Shown here in pieces: positions 49,094 to 61,403 of a stretch of DNA of 64,000 bases. The notes beneath the pieces are model-generated. The model ran no database searches. It saw nothing but the letters and a program-made list of their open reading frames with translations, and was not told where the DNA came from. Made by a program: the position numbers and the translations under genes. The stretch covers positions 1 to 64,000 of the forward strand of contig LVLI01000517.1 in the NCBI GenBank assembly GCA_001687465.1. The letters are read 5' to 3'. Position 1 is the stretch's first letter. Each line of letters starts with the position of its first letter. Source of the DNA: Halocafeteria seosinensis. Taxonomy: Eukaryota.

Positions 49094-49500
49094 CAGTCTG
49101 CTTGTTGCCTCATTCCATGTTCTATCATGGATCTGGTATTTCCCAAAAGTAACTTCATTCGTTGTTGGAGCAAGCACAGCACTAACCCGCCTGGAACGAT
49201 GGCTGCTAGAACCCAGATACATAGGCTCCGAGAGCGAAGGAGCTTCATAACATCTGCTGATCTGTCCACTTGTGCTCCCCCACGAAGAAGTACTGTGTTA
49301 ACGAGTGCCAACACGATGCCGAACGATGTGGATCCACTTCATAGTGGTGGCCGGCAGATTATCCCCACTTTAGAATACGTGGAGCATATGCTACTACTTG
49401 GATCCCTCGGCCCGACTTCGCCCAAATCACTGCTTATTTTGTTCAGTCTGCTTGTTGCCTCATTCCATGTTCTATCATGGATCTGGTATTTCCCAAAAGT
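49094..49500 (+). repeat. Perfect 57-bp direct repeat (49094-49150 and 49444-49500)
   Basis: CAGTCTGCTTGTTGCCTCATTCCATGTTCTATCATGGATCTGGTATTTCCCAAAAGT twice, 350 bp apart. Confidence 0.95.
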
Positions 49501-51499
49501 TAAGATGTTGGCAACTCCCGGAGAAGATTCCTGGCCAGTTCCTAGCAACTCTTTGGAAGGGACTTCTCTATTGCAATATAAAACCCAAAGCCCAACATCG
49601 GTACGGCCAGTGCATACATGTATTATGAAGAACAAGCAGTTAGTCAATCGACCAGATTTAAGAGTGTCTCAGGCCCACGCACTGCGGGTTACGAGTACTA
49701 CGTCACTAACGACGGTTATCCTAACGGCATTGCTTTCCGGTTGCATTCTCTCGAGCCAAGCAACGGCGGAAGATTTGCGGTCCGCAATTCTAGCTGGAAA
49801 CGAATCCTGCTTTAATTATAATTTGGATGAAAACCAGTTTGAAATGAATTGTAGCGTGTTGACATGGGGTGATCATGGTTATACGAATCAAGATTTCATC
49901 TCCTTAGATGCAAATGAGATATTTGATGGTGGACGACAAAATGGGCACATAATAGATTTGGGTGGGATAAAGTTTTTCCATGGATTGTTTACGATGCTGA
50001 GTAGTGTTGCATCGTTTGATCAAGCTCCCTTGATTCGGAATCTGGATGTTAGGAATGGCTCAGCCGCAGAGAGAGGTGGATTCATTGTCCAACAACAGAC
50101 GAAATTCTTTATCATAGATTCATGCAGCTCTTCAGGAGACGTCGCTGGTGATTGGGGCGGTGGTATATGTGGTTTTCAAAGTGGCCTTAATCATGGGCAT
50201 ATCAAGATATCGAATTCGTATTCAACAGGGAGGATACTGGGTTCATATGCAGGTGGCATTGCCGGAAGCCAAGCGGGATACAATCAAGGGATTGTCGATA
50301 TCACGCATTGTTATTCCACTGGGGATATTGAAGGACAAGAAGCAGGTGGTATTTGTGGATATGCAATAGGTTATAGTAAGGGTCGAGTATATATAACTCG
50401 TTCCTATTCCACTGGCGATATCATTCTTGGTGCTGACGGGAGTGGCGGTATATTGGGTGAAAATGCTGGTTATGATAACGGAGTCATTGATATCAAGGAA
50501 TGTTATAGTATGGGGAAAATTTCTGCAGATTATAGTGGAGGGATTAGTGGGGGTGATACAGCAGAGAATAACGGTGAAGTGCGTATTATAGATTGCTATA
50601 CACGAGGAGATATTAGTGGCAAACAAGCAGGTGGGATTACAGGAAAGAAGACAGGAGGATCTTCAGGCCAGGCAACAGGTGATGTATACATCACGAATAC
50701 TTATACATCAGGCGCAGTCACTGGGACGGATGCTGGTGGGATTATAGGAGGGATATTAACTGAAGTCACTGGAACTATTCACGTGAAATACTCCGTATAC
50801 GATGGCAAAGGAGGAGCAGTATCGATAGTAGGAGTGGACCCTGGCAGCAAGCTTTCTAAGACAGGAAACTCAGATAATTTGACAAAAATTCATGGACAAC
50901 TGTATCAAATGGGAGGATGGTCTGATAGTGCTTGGGCTCTAGATGGAGAAGGAGATGTCACTCATGACGACGAAAGGGAGATTCTGCCAATTCTACGCTT
51001 TCAGTTACCGCCGTCTGCTACCCCTTCACCCATGTCCACGTCCACTCCATCTACGACAACAACGAGGTCGGAATCCCCTTCAACTAGCTCTGCAAGTGCA
51101 ACCTCATCGTCATCGCAGAGCATAACGGACACTCCAATCACAACTGCAACTGCCACGTCAACGTCGCCCGGAACCTCCATGTCATGTAGTATTCCTACGA
51201 GATCTGAGACTCCCTCAAGTAGCTCCGCACTCTCTGCAAGTGCTACGCTACTGTCAACGCAGAGCCAAACAAGGGCTCTTACTGGGAGTGCGAGTGCCAC
51301 AACACCTTCCACGTCACAAGAGCAACCGAAGAGTGAGTCGTCGTCGACTCCAAGTGGAGATGCTTCGGAAGCTGCCTCACAGTCTGAGTCACGGAATGCC
51401 ATCGAGCGAACCACGAGACTTCCGCTTGTGCGATGCCATGAGCCAGCTATGAGACATGTCTACAGGAAGGTCTCGGTAAGGCGAAACGCATGGACTTGA
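49199..51499 (+). CDS. Surface-receptor family copy H: inverted, ectodomain plus partial stalk, no TM/tail (secreted or truncated)
   Basis: Leader homologous to copy F; AEDLR; GLUG-like repeats; LPILRFQL; Ser/Thr stalk, then unrelated 3' end. ATG 49199 aligns near the copy F start. Confidence 0.7.
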   Translation: MAARTQIHRLRERRSFITSADLSTCAPPRRSTVLTSANTMPNDVDPLHSGGRQIIPTLEYVEHMLLLGSLGPTSPKSLLILFSLLVASFHVLSWIWYFPKVKMLATPGEDSWPVPSNSLEGTSLLQYKTQSPTSVRPVHTCIMKNKQLVNRPDLRVSQAHALRVTSTTSLTTVILTALLSGCILSSQATAEDLRSAILAGNESCFNYNLDENQFEMNCSVLTWGDHGYTNQDFISLDANEIFDGGRQNGHIIDLGGIKFFHGLFTMLSSVASFDQAPLIRNLDVRNGSAAERGGFIVQQQTKFFIIDSCSSSGDVAGDWGGGICGFQSGLNHGHIKISNSYSTGRILGSYAGGIAGSQAGYNQGIVDITHCYSTGDIEGQEAGGICGYAIGYSKGRVYITRSYSTGDIILGADGSGGILGENAGYDNGVIDIKECYSMGKISADYSGGISGGDTAENNGEVRIIDCYTRGDISGKQAGGITGKKTGGSSGQATGDVYITNTYTSGAVTGTDAGGIIGGILTEVTGTIHVKYSVYDGKGGAVSIVGVDPGSKLSKTGNSDNLTKIHGQLYQMGGWSDSAWALDGEGDVTHDDEREILPILRFQLPPSATPSPMSTSTPSTTTTRSESPSTSSASATSSSSQSITDTPITTATATSTSPGTSMSCSIPTRSETPSSSSALSASATLLSTQSQTRALTGSASATTPSTSQEQPKSESSSTPSGDASEAASQSESRNAIERTTRLPLVRCHEPAMRHVYRKVSVRRNAWT

Positions 51500-52882
51500 C
51501 CGATCGGCAGTGTTTGCGTTTGGCCCGCTAAGAAACATACTCAGCGATTCCTTTGTGGAACGCCAAAGATACGGAACTCTAACAACTAGGCTACGAGAGG
51601 TGAAAACAGGAAAAGTGAAGTGCTCTCCGCGAGTCATTGACTGCTGTTTTTTGACGACTCTTTGTAACTCGGTGACTTGCTTCGAACGGCCTGAAAAGCC
51701 GTCCCTTTGTGGGAACGCAGAGTATCCATTATTACTTGTACTGTGAAAAGGATTTAATTGATGGATTCCTTACTACGAGAAAGCAACGTAAGTATTCTAC
51801 GTACACATCTGTTTGGCGAAGAGTGTCTAGAAGGAAAGCCTTAATAGTAAATAGACTACAGCGTGAGCGCAAAAGCTACCTATAACCTACCTGCATCACT
51901 GGGGAGCGAGTGGTACTTTGGTAGCTTTTCTTGAAACGAAGCCATTTTTATCAGCTATAGGCGTTAAATAACTTCAGAATGAATTTCGGGAGCATGGGCA
52001 AACGGCAGTTGCCACGCACTGCTCCCACTTTTGTATACCCCAGTGGTTCTCATCTCTGGCATATCGCGGGTTCATTCGGTTTAAGTCCGGGGCAAAATGG
52101 CACACCTCGGTTATCGAGGGCCCCACCCCGAAGCGATGCTGCTTCATTATCTAGTTCCAGATAACAAACAACGTAAGAAGTGTAGTGTATTTGGTTCTTT
52201 TCGCTTTTCCAAGTCTGCAAGAACATCATAGCCTTGGTCAGTCTTTTCTTGTGGTCGGGCGGACGACTCCGACCCTCGGGATCTGGATTCTTCAGGTTGC
52301 GAGTCGACTTGCGACTTAGCGACAGGTTGTCGCAACCAAGTCACATACAAAAGCGTTCGGTGGATGAATTCCATGCTTGATGACGGTGCCGATTGCACGA
52401 TAAGTCGTAGTATTGTCTGGGAGGAGCTCTATTCTTTCATCCATCTCATTTATTGGGCCCATTTAGCTTGTTTTACGCTGCGTGGAATTCTAGCTGCGAA
52501 CCAGCCACTAAACGCTCGCCCATTGCCTACAACCCTGTATGGAGGAAGACAAGCAAGACCAGACCTCAAGAGTGTGTGTTATAGTTTCTCTCGTTTTCAT
52601 TTGAGTGATTTGGTGTGTTGAAAAGCTTCTGAAGTCTTGCATAAAAGCAGAGAGAAGGGTCCAGAAAACCTATCCACCCTTATCTCATTCAGTGCTCTAT
52701 GCTCATGTGTGTAGCGGATGCACGCACATTTTATTAAGAGTGAGTGACCAAATAAAGACGCATATAAGCGTCAAAAGGAATCGGAAAAAAAAAACAAGAG
52801 GAATCGAAAAGTGAGGGAGGAATCGAGAACTTGTCTCCCTTTCTCTCCGTTGTATTTTTGAGCTAACAGAGAGCAGTCAGTC

Positions 52883-55800
52883 ATGCATGGGCGTGGAGGA
52901 GGGCAGTCGCGTCGCTCCATGCAGCCCCAGCAGCGAGTGCGCGGTCGTGGTACAAGACGCTCATCCGATGGCGCCGCCGCCGTTCCTCCCATAGGAGGGG
53001 CAGGAGAACTAGCCGTGAGCTCCATGTCCCATAATAACAACGGCAGTAATGGGCGTTACGCGCCGGAGGAGGGCGGTCAGGGGCTTTCCATTCAGTCCTC
53101 GTCCCGGAGCCAACCCGAGGAGCATACAGGGCAACAGCCGAAACAACTTGGCCAACTCTTCCAAACACCTCCCCAACGGCAACCACCGCAGCAACAGCGC
53201 TCTCCACGATCGGGGCGCTTCAGCAGTGCGAGGCACCGACAGGCGCGGCATAGCAGTGCGATGCCGCCGAAAGCACAGCCGCAACCGCAGTCGCAAGATG
53301 GAGAGGGCGTTGCGAATGGAGGTTTGCCACTGACTATTTTTGGAGTCGATAAAGTGGACCTAGCTGCGCATATGCCCTTTGTCCGAGCACCGCCGTCATC
53401 AGACGGACAACCGTCTCTTTCTGATTGCCCCAATGCCGGATACAATTCCCCGGGTGCTGTGGACATAAACAAAGCGCTAGACACAATGTCTGTCCACATG
53501 CACAATTTGGCGGACACTTTGTCTGCGCGGAATTTTCAGTACACGTTCTCGCCACAACTCTACGGGCATCATTCGCTTGCGGGAGATTTGACTCCAAGAT
53601 CTGATGCAACACCCCGTTCAGAGCCCTCGGCGACAAAAGAAGAAAAGAGTCCAAGAGACAACCGCCGCGGTGGTGGCGTGTCCCAGTTCCGCCAGAAACC
53701 GCAAAATGAGAAGGCGCGCCGTCAACAGAAGAAGTCGGAAAAGAAAAAGAAAAGACTGATGGAAAAGAATCGAAAAGTGGCGGAGCAAGAAAGAAAGTGG
53801 ATGAACGAAGAAGAGTGGAGGATGGAACGATCAAAATGGTGGGGCCAGCATGTTCGTGACGGCTCCTGGCGCACTGTACGTGTTTTCATTAGCAGCACTT
53901 TTAATGACATGCATGGAGAGCGGGATGCATTGACAAGAGTGGTCTTTCCTGCGTTAAACAACAAGGCAAAAAGCCGCCGTGTTAGAGTTGTCCCCGTCGA
54001 TTTACGCTGGGGACTTACATCGGAAGATACGTCCGACTCGGGCTTGGGAGCATTGGAGCATTGTCTACTTGAAATTGATAATTCCCGGCCATTCTTTGTC
54101 GTCTTACGGGGAGAGCGATATGGATGGATTCCTCCAAACTATCGCGTCTCTGATCGGTAAGTTTCCTGTAGTATTTTCTCCAAAGTGAGTATCCCCATAC
54201 ACTCGTTGTCGTGTAGAATCTTGCAGGCCTCAATTTGACTGGATCAAGCATTTTGAGCCGGGGCACTCTATTACGGCAGTAGAAATTTATCATGGGTTTT
54301 TGAGGAAACCTTTTACTCCTGTTCATGCGCTCTGTTACGAGCGGGACTCTGCTTTCATTGATGATGTCCCTACGGAGAAAGAGCGAAAGATATTTGCCTT
54401 TGACTATCCAAATAATCCAGAGGTTAAAGAAAGGCGCGATAAACTGATTAATGACATCAGGAACCACCAATATGCGAAATCGCGCTCTTATCCCGCTCAA
54501 TATGGAGGGATGGACGAAGAGGGTAAAGCGTTGGTGACAGGGTTAGAGGAATTCGAGCGAATGATCATGGAGGATCTATGGGAAGCAATTAAGCAAGAGT
54601 TTCCTCCTCCTCCACCTCCACCTTCCGAGTTGGCGTTGGAGAGGTCTTACCATAATCATTTTGTGGAAGAAAGAAGTCGCCAATTCATTGGCCGAAAAGC
54701 GCTCATGAATGAGTTGGAGCAAGTAGCCAATAGCTCGTTCAACACGGACTCGCTGCCTTTTATTGTAGTGGGAGCCCCCGGCAGCGGGAAAACTTCCCTT
54801 GTTACATCCTTTGCGAAATATTTCGGAGAACTACACCCCCGCGTTTTTGTACTGGTCCATGTAGTAAGTGCGTCTCCAACAAGCACTGACATTAGGGAAA
54901 CACTGCTTCGGCTGTGTCGTGAATTGGTTGCGCGCTTTGAGATCGAGGATCTCAATACGGATAGTGATGATTATCAAACCGTAAAGGAGAATTTTGCGCT
55001 CTTACTCGAGCGTGCCGGCCATGCGGCTATGAACGCAAAGACCCACATCCTACTTGTCCTGGATGCTATCAATCAGTTCAACCCGTTTTATGGAGCTCAT
55101 ACGATGGACTGGTTACCTGCCTACATGCCCGCGGGAGTGAGAGCGATTCTGTCTACCACCCCTGATGCTCAATGTCTGACCGCTTTACAAAAGAGAGATC
55201 CGAAGCCCCCACAGCTGGATGTACCGCCGCTTGAATTTAGTGAACGATGTGACATTGTGCGAAATGCGTTGGCTGAGTACAGAAAGAAATTACTACCAAC
55301 CCAAATGAATCTCCTGATGGAGAAGTCGGAAAGCCACAAACCGTTGTATCTTTTGACTGTGTGTGAAGAGCTACGTTTGCAAGCTCAGTATGGGGTGGAA
55401 GGCTCCGGTGTTGATCGGAAGATCAAACAGCTACCTGGGGAAATCCCGACACTACTCGATGTCGTCTTGGAACGGGTGGAACGAGACTTGTCTACTTGGG
55501 CGCAGTCAACTTCGACGGAAATCACCCCTGCTCACAGCGTGTTCAGCCCGGACACAGGGGAAGACATGACTTCGCAACTTGATAATGGACATTTGATTGT
55601 TCGTGACGCGTTGACGTTACTCGAATGTTCTCGTCATGGACTTCGGGAAAACGAGCTGCTAGAGCTACTGGCTCCTCCGGGAAAGAGTCAACTGCCGCCT
55701 GTTGTGTGGGCAAGGCTGTACAGATCCCTCGAGCTATACCTGCGTCCCTTAGGAGAAGAAGATGAAGGGATGTTGGGTTTCTTTCACCAACAAATGATGA

Positions 55801-58800
55801 TTGCGGTCCGCCGACGATACTTACAAGACAATAGGCGAGCCGAGGCAGAAGTATGCGGTCGACTGACCGAATATTTTTTTAACAAAGCTGATCCGACTGG
55901 GGATGGACAATGGCTCGGCGACCAAAAACGGTATTTCCTGGATCTGGTATACTATCAGTTGCGAGCGCTCGACTTGTCCGGCCTGAGACGGACGCTAGGC
56001 GACCTGCTTTTCATTCAACGGCGAGCGGAGCAAGGAGTAGGAAGCATGGAGCATCTTCTACGGGATTACTACGACGCTCAAGAAGAACTACGAACATTGC
56101 GCTATTCACTCCTTCGCGAAAAGCTCAAAGAAGAGCAGGGTGCGAGTCCTAAAGAGGAGGAGGATTTCAGTGCCGCGCGAAGCTCTCTTCTTCAGTGGAT
56201 TGGCGAGTTCCTTGTATTCGTTAGCTCTCATCATTCGACACTCACGTCATATCCAAAGCTGACCTTCCAGTATGCTCTTAATCAGCCCGATTCGTCGACG
56301 CCGTTTCAAACAGCAGAGAAATTAGTTAAAGATGAGTGCGATGCCATTCTGGAACAATTGCACGCAAAGGAAAATGATTACCGGGAACTCACGACGAAGG
56401 TATCGAATGGAGCACAAGAAAACGATTCCGGCGAAAGCGATGCCGAAGCTTCGAAGAAAGAAACTAAGAACCCTTCGGCACCCAAACAAGGCGGAGTTGA
56501 ACTAAAGCAAAAGCTCGACCATATATGTGACAATGCACAAACGCAGTTAATTCCTCGACGTTTTTTAGAGTGGTCGAACAAGCCGCAGAGAAATCGAATG
56601 GTGGCTGACTTCGCCGGCTACAACTATGAAGTGTCATGTATCTCACTCAATCCAGATTCCAGCTTAATTGCTATTGGCTTCAAGTCTGGTACCATCCAAA
56701 TAATCGACGCAGATATTGGTGAAATGATTCGAGAGCTTTCGACCGGTGGCCACAGTGCAGGCGTAACTTGTCTTGCGTTTTCGTCTGACGGACTTCGACT
56801 CATCTCTGGCTCTTACGACACTAATGCAGTGGTTTGGGATGCCCTAACAGGCTCTCTTCTGAGCACTCTTGTCGACCATTCCGGAACAATTACCTCGGTC
56901 GCGTGGTTGGAAAGCGATACCCGTGGCCGAAGGTCCCGAACAGTTGCAACAGCTGGTTTGGACTCCGTCATCCGAGTGTGGGAAGAAAAAATCCAAACCG
57001 ACACATACGGGTTCGGAGGAGGTGGAGAGGATGAAACAAGATACGAAATTATCTGGGATCAGTCTTGGCTGCAGAGTCCGATTATGGCTATGAAGTACAA
57101 TCAAGCCTCCAAGTGTCTAGCAGCTGGTCATGCGGACGGTCAGGTACAACTGTGGGACGCGCATGCCCCGAATCTTGGTCTTATACAGATTTCCCAGTTT
57201 ACAGCTCATAGGTACATGCAAGCCGTTTCCACGATTTCTTTGTCTCCTGATGGATCGCTGTTGGCAACCGGCTCTCTGGACCAAACAGTGAAGCTTTGGG
57301 AGAAGCGAATGATGGACACGGATGCTATTTGGAAACCTATGGAACTTCAGGGCAAGGGTCACAATGGCGCCATAACGTGCCTAGACTTTTCTCCGGATGG
57401 ACATAAACTTGTAACAGCTTCCCTCGATAAGAAGTTGCTCCTCTGGGATGTCACTACTGGAAAGGAGATCGTTGCCCTCAATGGTCACGCCGATGCAGTG
57501 TACTCTGCCGAGTTTACACATAGCGGGGATCGTGTTGTTTCAGGCAGTTACGATAAAACAGTGAAGACCTGGGATGTAGAGGGGGTTGACGATTATGGGG
57601 TTGTTCCTCCTGTGAAGAGGGCTGATCACCAAGGAAATGCTCTGAAATCGCCTTCAACAAGGCGCAGTTTCGTCCCAAGACGGCGCCGACTCGGTCGACG
57701 AAGTTCTCAGAGCAGGGATCTACCACCGCTATCGACAAAGAGTAGTACTGAAAACACCCCTAGTTCGACTAGGTCATCCAACGTATTTTTCCGAGACAGC
57801 AGTGATACCGAATCCCCGCTTGCTCAATCGCGATTCGGATCGACTTCTGAGCTGCTCAACGCCAACGATTTGGGAATCCCCTCTGGTGCTCATGCTGAGA
57901 GAGTAACGGCCGCTACAGTAAACTATGGCGGCACCTTCGCCGCCACAGGATCAACGGACAAGACAATGAAGATTTGGGATCTGGAGAAAGTTCACGAGAA
58001 GGTTGTCCTTGTAGGTCACAATTCCAGTATTACTGCGCTTGCATTCATTGGAGAGGACGAATACCTGGTATCTGGTGATGGCGGAGGCAATATCATGGTT
58101 TGGGACGGCAACACGTTTGATCATCAGCGGACGATTCATGCACATTCTAATGTAGCCGTCACATCAATGACTTGGTGTGATTTGCGAGGCAGAGGGACGG
58201 ATAAGTATTCAGGGGATCTGCTGGTAATAACTGGAGCTGCGGATGGAACAATAAAGGTTTTCGTTGCTAGAGATGGCTTTCCTTGGGAAATCCAGCCACC
58301 CCAATGCTTCCCCCGGCTCGTTGAAGTCAGTTCACTTCGATACGTGCCCGCAACGCGAAGCAAACTGCCGTTGGACTGTACCCCAACTCCCGTGAACAGC
58401 GGACACCTTTCCGACTATCATTTGAAGCAACGGACGGCGAAGCACAGTGAAGAGGAAAGTCGTCAAATAGCTTTGCGAAACCTGTTAGCGAAGGCATTGA
58501 AACGGAAGAGCGTTACGGAGGCGAAAGAAAGTGACGATAGAACGAGTGAGCCGGACGCGATATCCGAGTACCAGGGAATCATCAATATGATGCGAATGTA
58601 CCTGCCGAGTTTTGTTCCTAGCAGCGAGGCCATTGCTAATGCCATCCCGAAGACGATGGCATATAAACTACATGAAGAAGCGACGAAAAATGAAAAGAAA
58701 AAGAGACGCAAAAAGAAAAAGGACGTGGTCTTAGATGATGCTCAAATCTTGGAGGATGTACGAACGCTTATGAAAGAATTTGTTGGCACTTCTGGGGAAG

Positions 58801-61403
58801 AGTCTGAGCAACTGTTGCAAACATGGGAAGACGACGCGAATGGAAACGGAGTTGATCCTCCCGCATCCGTTGCTGGGGTTGTTGCTGATCCACACGAACG
58901 GGACAGAGTAATATGTGTGGGATCCTCGGGTCAGGTGTGTGTTCTGGACTTGTTTTCAATGGCTGTTGTAACGTCAACCCGGCTGTGTGATCCCATCGGT
59001 GGCTCAGTTAAGCTTTCGGCCGTTGATCCGTTAGGGGCTCGCATCAGCGCTGCTGCTCGCACGAAGAGCGAACCACTGCACACAATCGTTTCTCCGACGG
59101 GGAATACTGAAAACCGGGTGTCCCTAGTTATGGATTTGCAGTCACAGAATGAGAATGAAGAGTCGGAGGCCCAGCAGGACGCTGGCCTAAAGCCAAAAGA
59201 GGTGGTGGAGAAAGAACGCCAAGAAAAATTCAATGCAGACCTTCAAAAACGCATTGAAAAAGTTGAACAGAAGAAGAAAGAAAGAGAAGAACGGAAAGCA
59301 AGGAAGAGAGCCCAGCGCCTAAAACAAAGTATGCTGAGCGGCGAAGCATTGGATGATTCTGATTCATCCGATGAAGGGTCGGAGGCCGACACTGGAAGCG
59401 ATACTAAGGGTTCTCACCGAGAGGACCAAAATCAAGAGAATTCAGTATTCCGTCAACTTGTGGAGCGCTCGCACTACCGAACATGTTCTTCGATGGCATT
59501 CAGCCATGATGGCTCATTAATAGCTTGCGGCAGTTCTGAGAAGGTAATTTCGTTGGTAGATTCCTCCAGGCCGCACTTGGGTCCTTTAGCTCAGTTCTTG
59601 GCTTTTGGCGAGGTTACTGCTATTGCGGTTGGTCCTGGCGTGCTCCCATGGGACTTGTCCCAATTCAAGGGCTCAAACGGAACAGACGGGATCTCAATGC
59701 TTGACCTAGTTTTTGGGGGTGTTAGTGCGCAAAACGGTGCAGAAGTAGACGAAGAGCCAGACGACATTCGAAAATGCAGTACATCATACTTAGAGGAGTT
59801 TGTGGCAAACCAGGAGAAAAAACTCAGCAGTCTTATCCCTCGCGCCTGCCTTGGTAACGGACAGGGATGTCTCGGTCTTTTGATAGCGGGCGATAGTACA
59901 GGAGCGGTTTTCATCCTCAGGCTTCAAGATATCATCCGGCGAGCTGAGGCAGACTATTTTAGCTCTCTTTTGGAACGCGAAAGGAGTCGCCGACAGCAAG
60001 TCCTGGATGAAGCACTAGAGGAGCTGCAACGTCGTCAACTCGAGAAAGACGATGCTAAGCAAAGCGAATCTGGACAGCGGCATGCTGCGCCGTTGCAAAC
60101 TTTAACGTTTGCGAACGGGCGCCAGGGCGTTGCCGCCTATTTACCTCGCGTCCTGCATTATAGAGAAGCAAAAGATGTACAGTTGTGCAATGAAGTAATT
60201 GCATCCCTCGGTATTGACTTGGAGGGCTTAGACTTCACGACTCTGATTCCTGTGAGTGACTCAACCAAACTTGCGGAAGCGTTCTTGCCGCGGCGAATTG
60301 AGAGAGGCGAAGGGATGATTCGGGTCTACAGGAAACTAAAAGATTCTGGGGAACCTATCTCATCTGAAGATGAAGACGCACTACAAGAGCATGAAGAGGC
60401 GCAAGCCGAAGAAGAAAAGAAACGATCTGAGGCTCCGTCCGAAAGCAAAGACCGTGGTATGTCAGAGAGGATAAGAAAAGTGGAAGAGCTTCGGAGGCAA
60501 CAAAAATTGCAACAAGAAGCGGAAGAGGCCCGTGAGAAAGCAGAGAGAGCCGAGCCTCTGAGAGAAGAATATTTCCACCGACCGAAAGCCTTAGTATGCG
60601 TGTTCGGGGGAGCTGCTGGTCTTCATGATTTGCTTGTCCCTGGTTTAAAGACTCTAATTCAGAAGGGAGCTGTTGCGGGCGCGGTGATGGCCGGAGCGAT
60701 GATCCTTGATGGTGGAACGGATGCTGGGGTAATGTCAATGATCGGTAGTTCCCTGGAAGACTGCCCCGAACGAACCATGAGGTTACTTGGTATTGTTCCC
60801 GGGGGAGTTGTTAAATTACCTGGGGACGAAGACTTGCACAAGAGCGTTGCAAACAAGGCACCACTTGAATCGCATCATTCGAACTTTGCCATTGTTCCGA
60901 GCAAGGAATGGGGAGGAGAGACGACTTCGATGTTTACGATGATGAAAGCACTGAGCCGCAGACTGCCCACCATTGCGATACTAGCCAACGGAGGTTTCAT
61001 CTCTAAGAAGGAGATTATCAGCGCAGTTCGACAAAGTGTTCCAGTTATCGTTATTTCGGGGAGTGGAAGGCTAGCAGATAAAATCACACTCGCCATCCGC
61101 GGTAAGACGGAGGGAGACGAGAAGCTGTATCGCGAAATGTTGCAGGACGACGAAGTCCGTGACATCGTGCTGAATGGTGAAATATATCTCTACCGTGTTA
61201 CGGATCCCCCGCAAGGCCTTCAGGAATTAGTATGCGATCTTGTTTCCAGCCAAAGGGATAGAATGCTAGCTGACAGCTTCTGGAGGAATGGTGAAGAAAT
61301 TTCAGAGTACTTAAGGCAGCGCCTAGATCGCCCGCCAGACGTGGTCGCTAATACCGCAGAAGCAACCGAAATAGCTGGAAAGGGTCATCTTCCTTTACCG
61401 TAA
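52883..61403 (+). CDS. STAND/NLR-like protein: DUF4062-like, NACHT NTPase, WD40 repeats, C-terminal SLOG (LSDAT/TRPM-type); exons 52883-54156, 54227-61403 (~2816 aa)
   Basis: RVFISSTFNDMHGERD..VDLRWG..GERYGWIP..SITAVEI; Walker A GAPGSGKT (54771); Walker B LLVLDAINQ; many GH..WD repeats; VFGGAAG..DGGTDAGVM..LESHHSNF..WGGET..NGG..GSGRLAD. 70-nt intron 54157-54226 (GTAAGT..TGCAG). Confidence 0.9.

Noticed and set aside
48824..49198. N-terminal 125 codons of ORF 48824-51499 as a real part of copy H
   Set aside because: TTG start, and it is composed largely of relic-gene sequence and the 57-bp duplicated filler read in another frame.
52883..61403. Calling the gene TEP1
   Set aside because: Shares DUF4062-NACHT-WD40, but no TROVE domain is recognisable and it has a C-terminal SLOG; orthology is unsupported.
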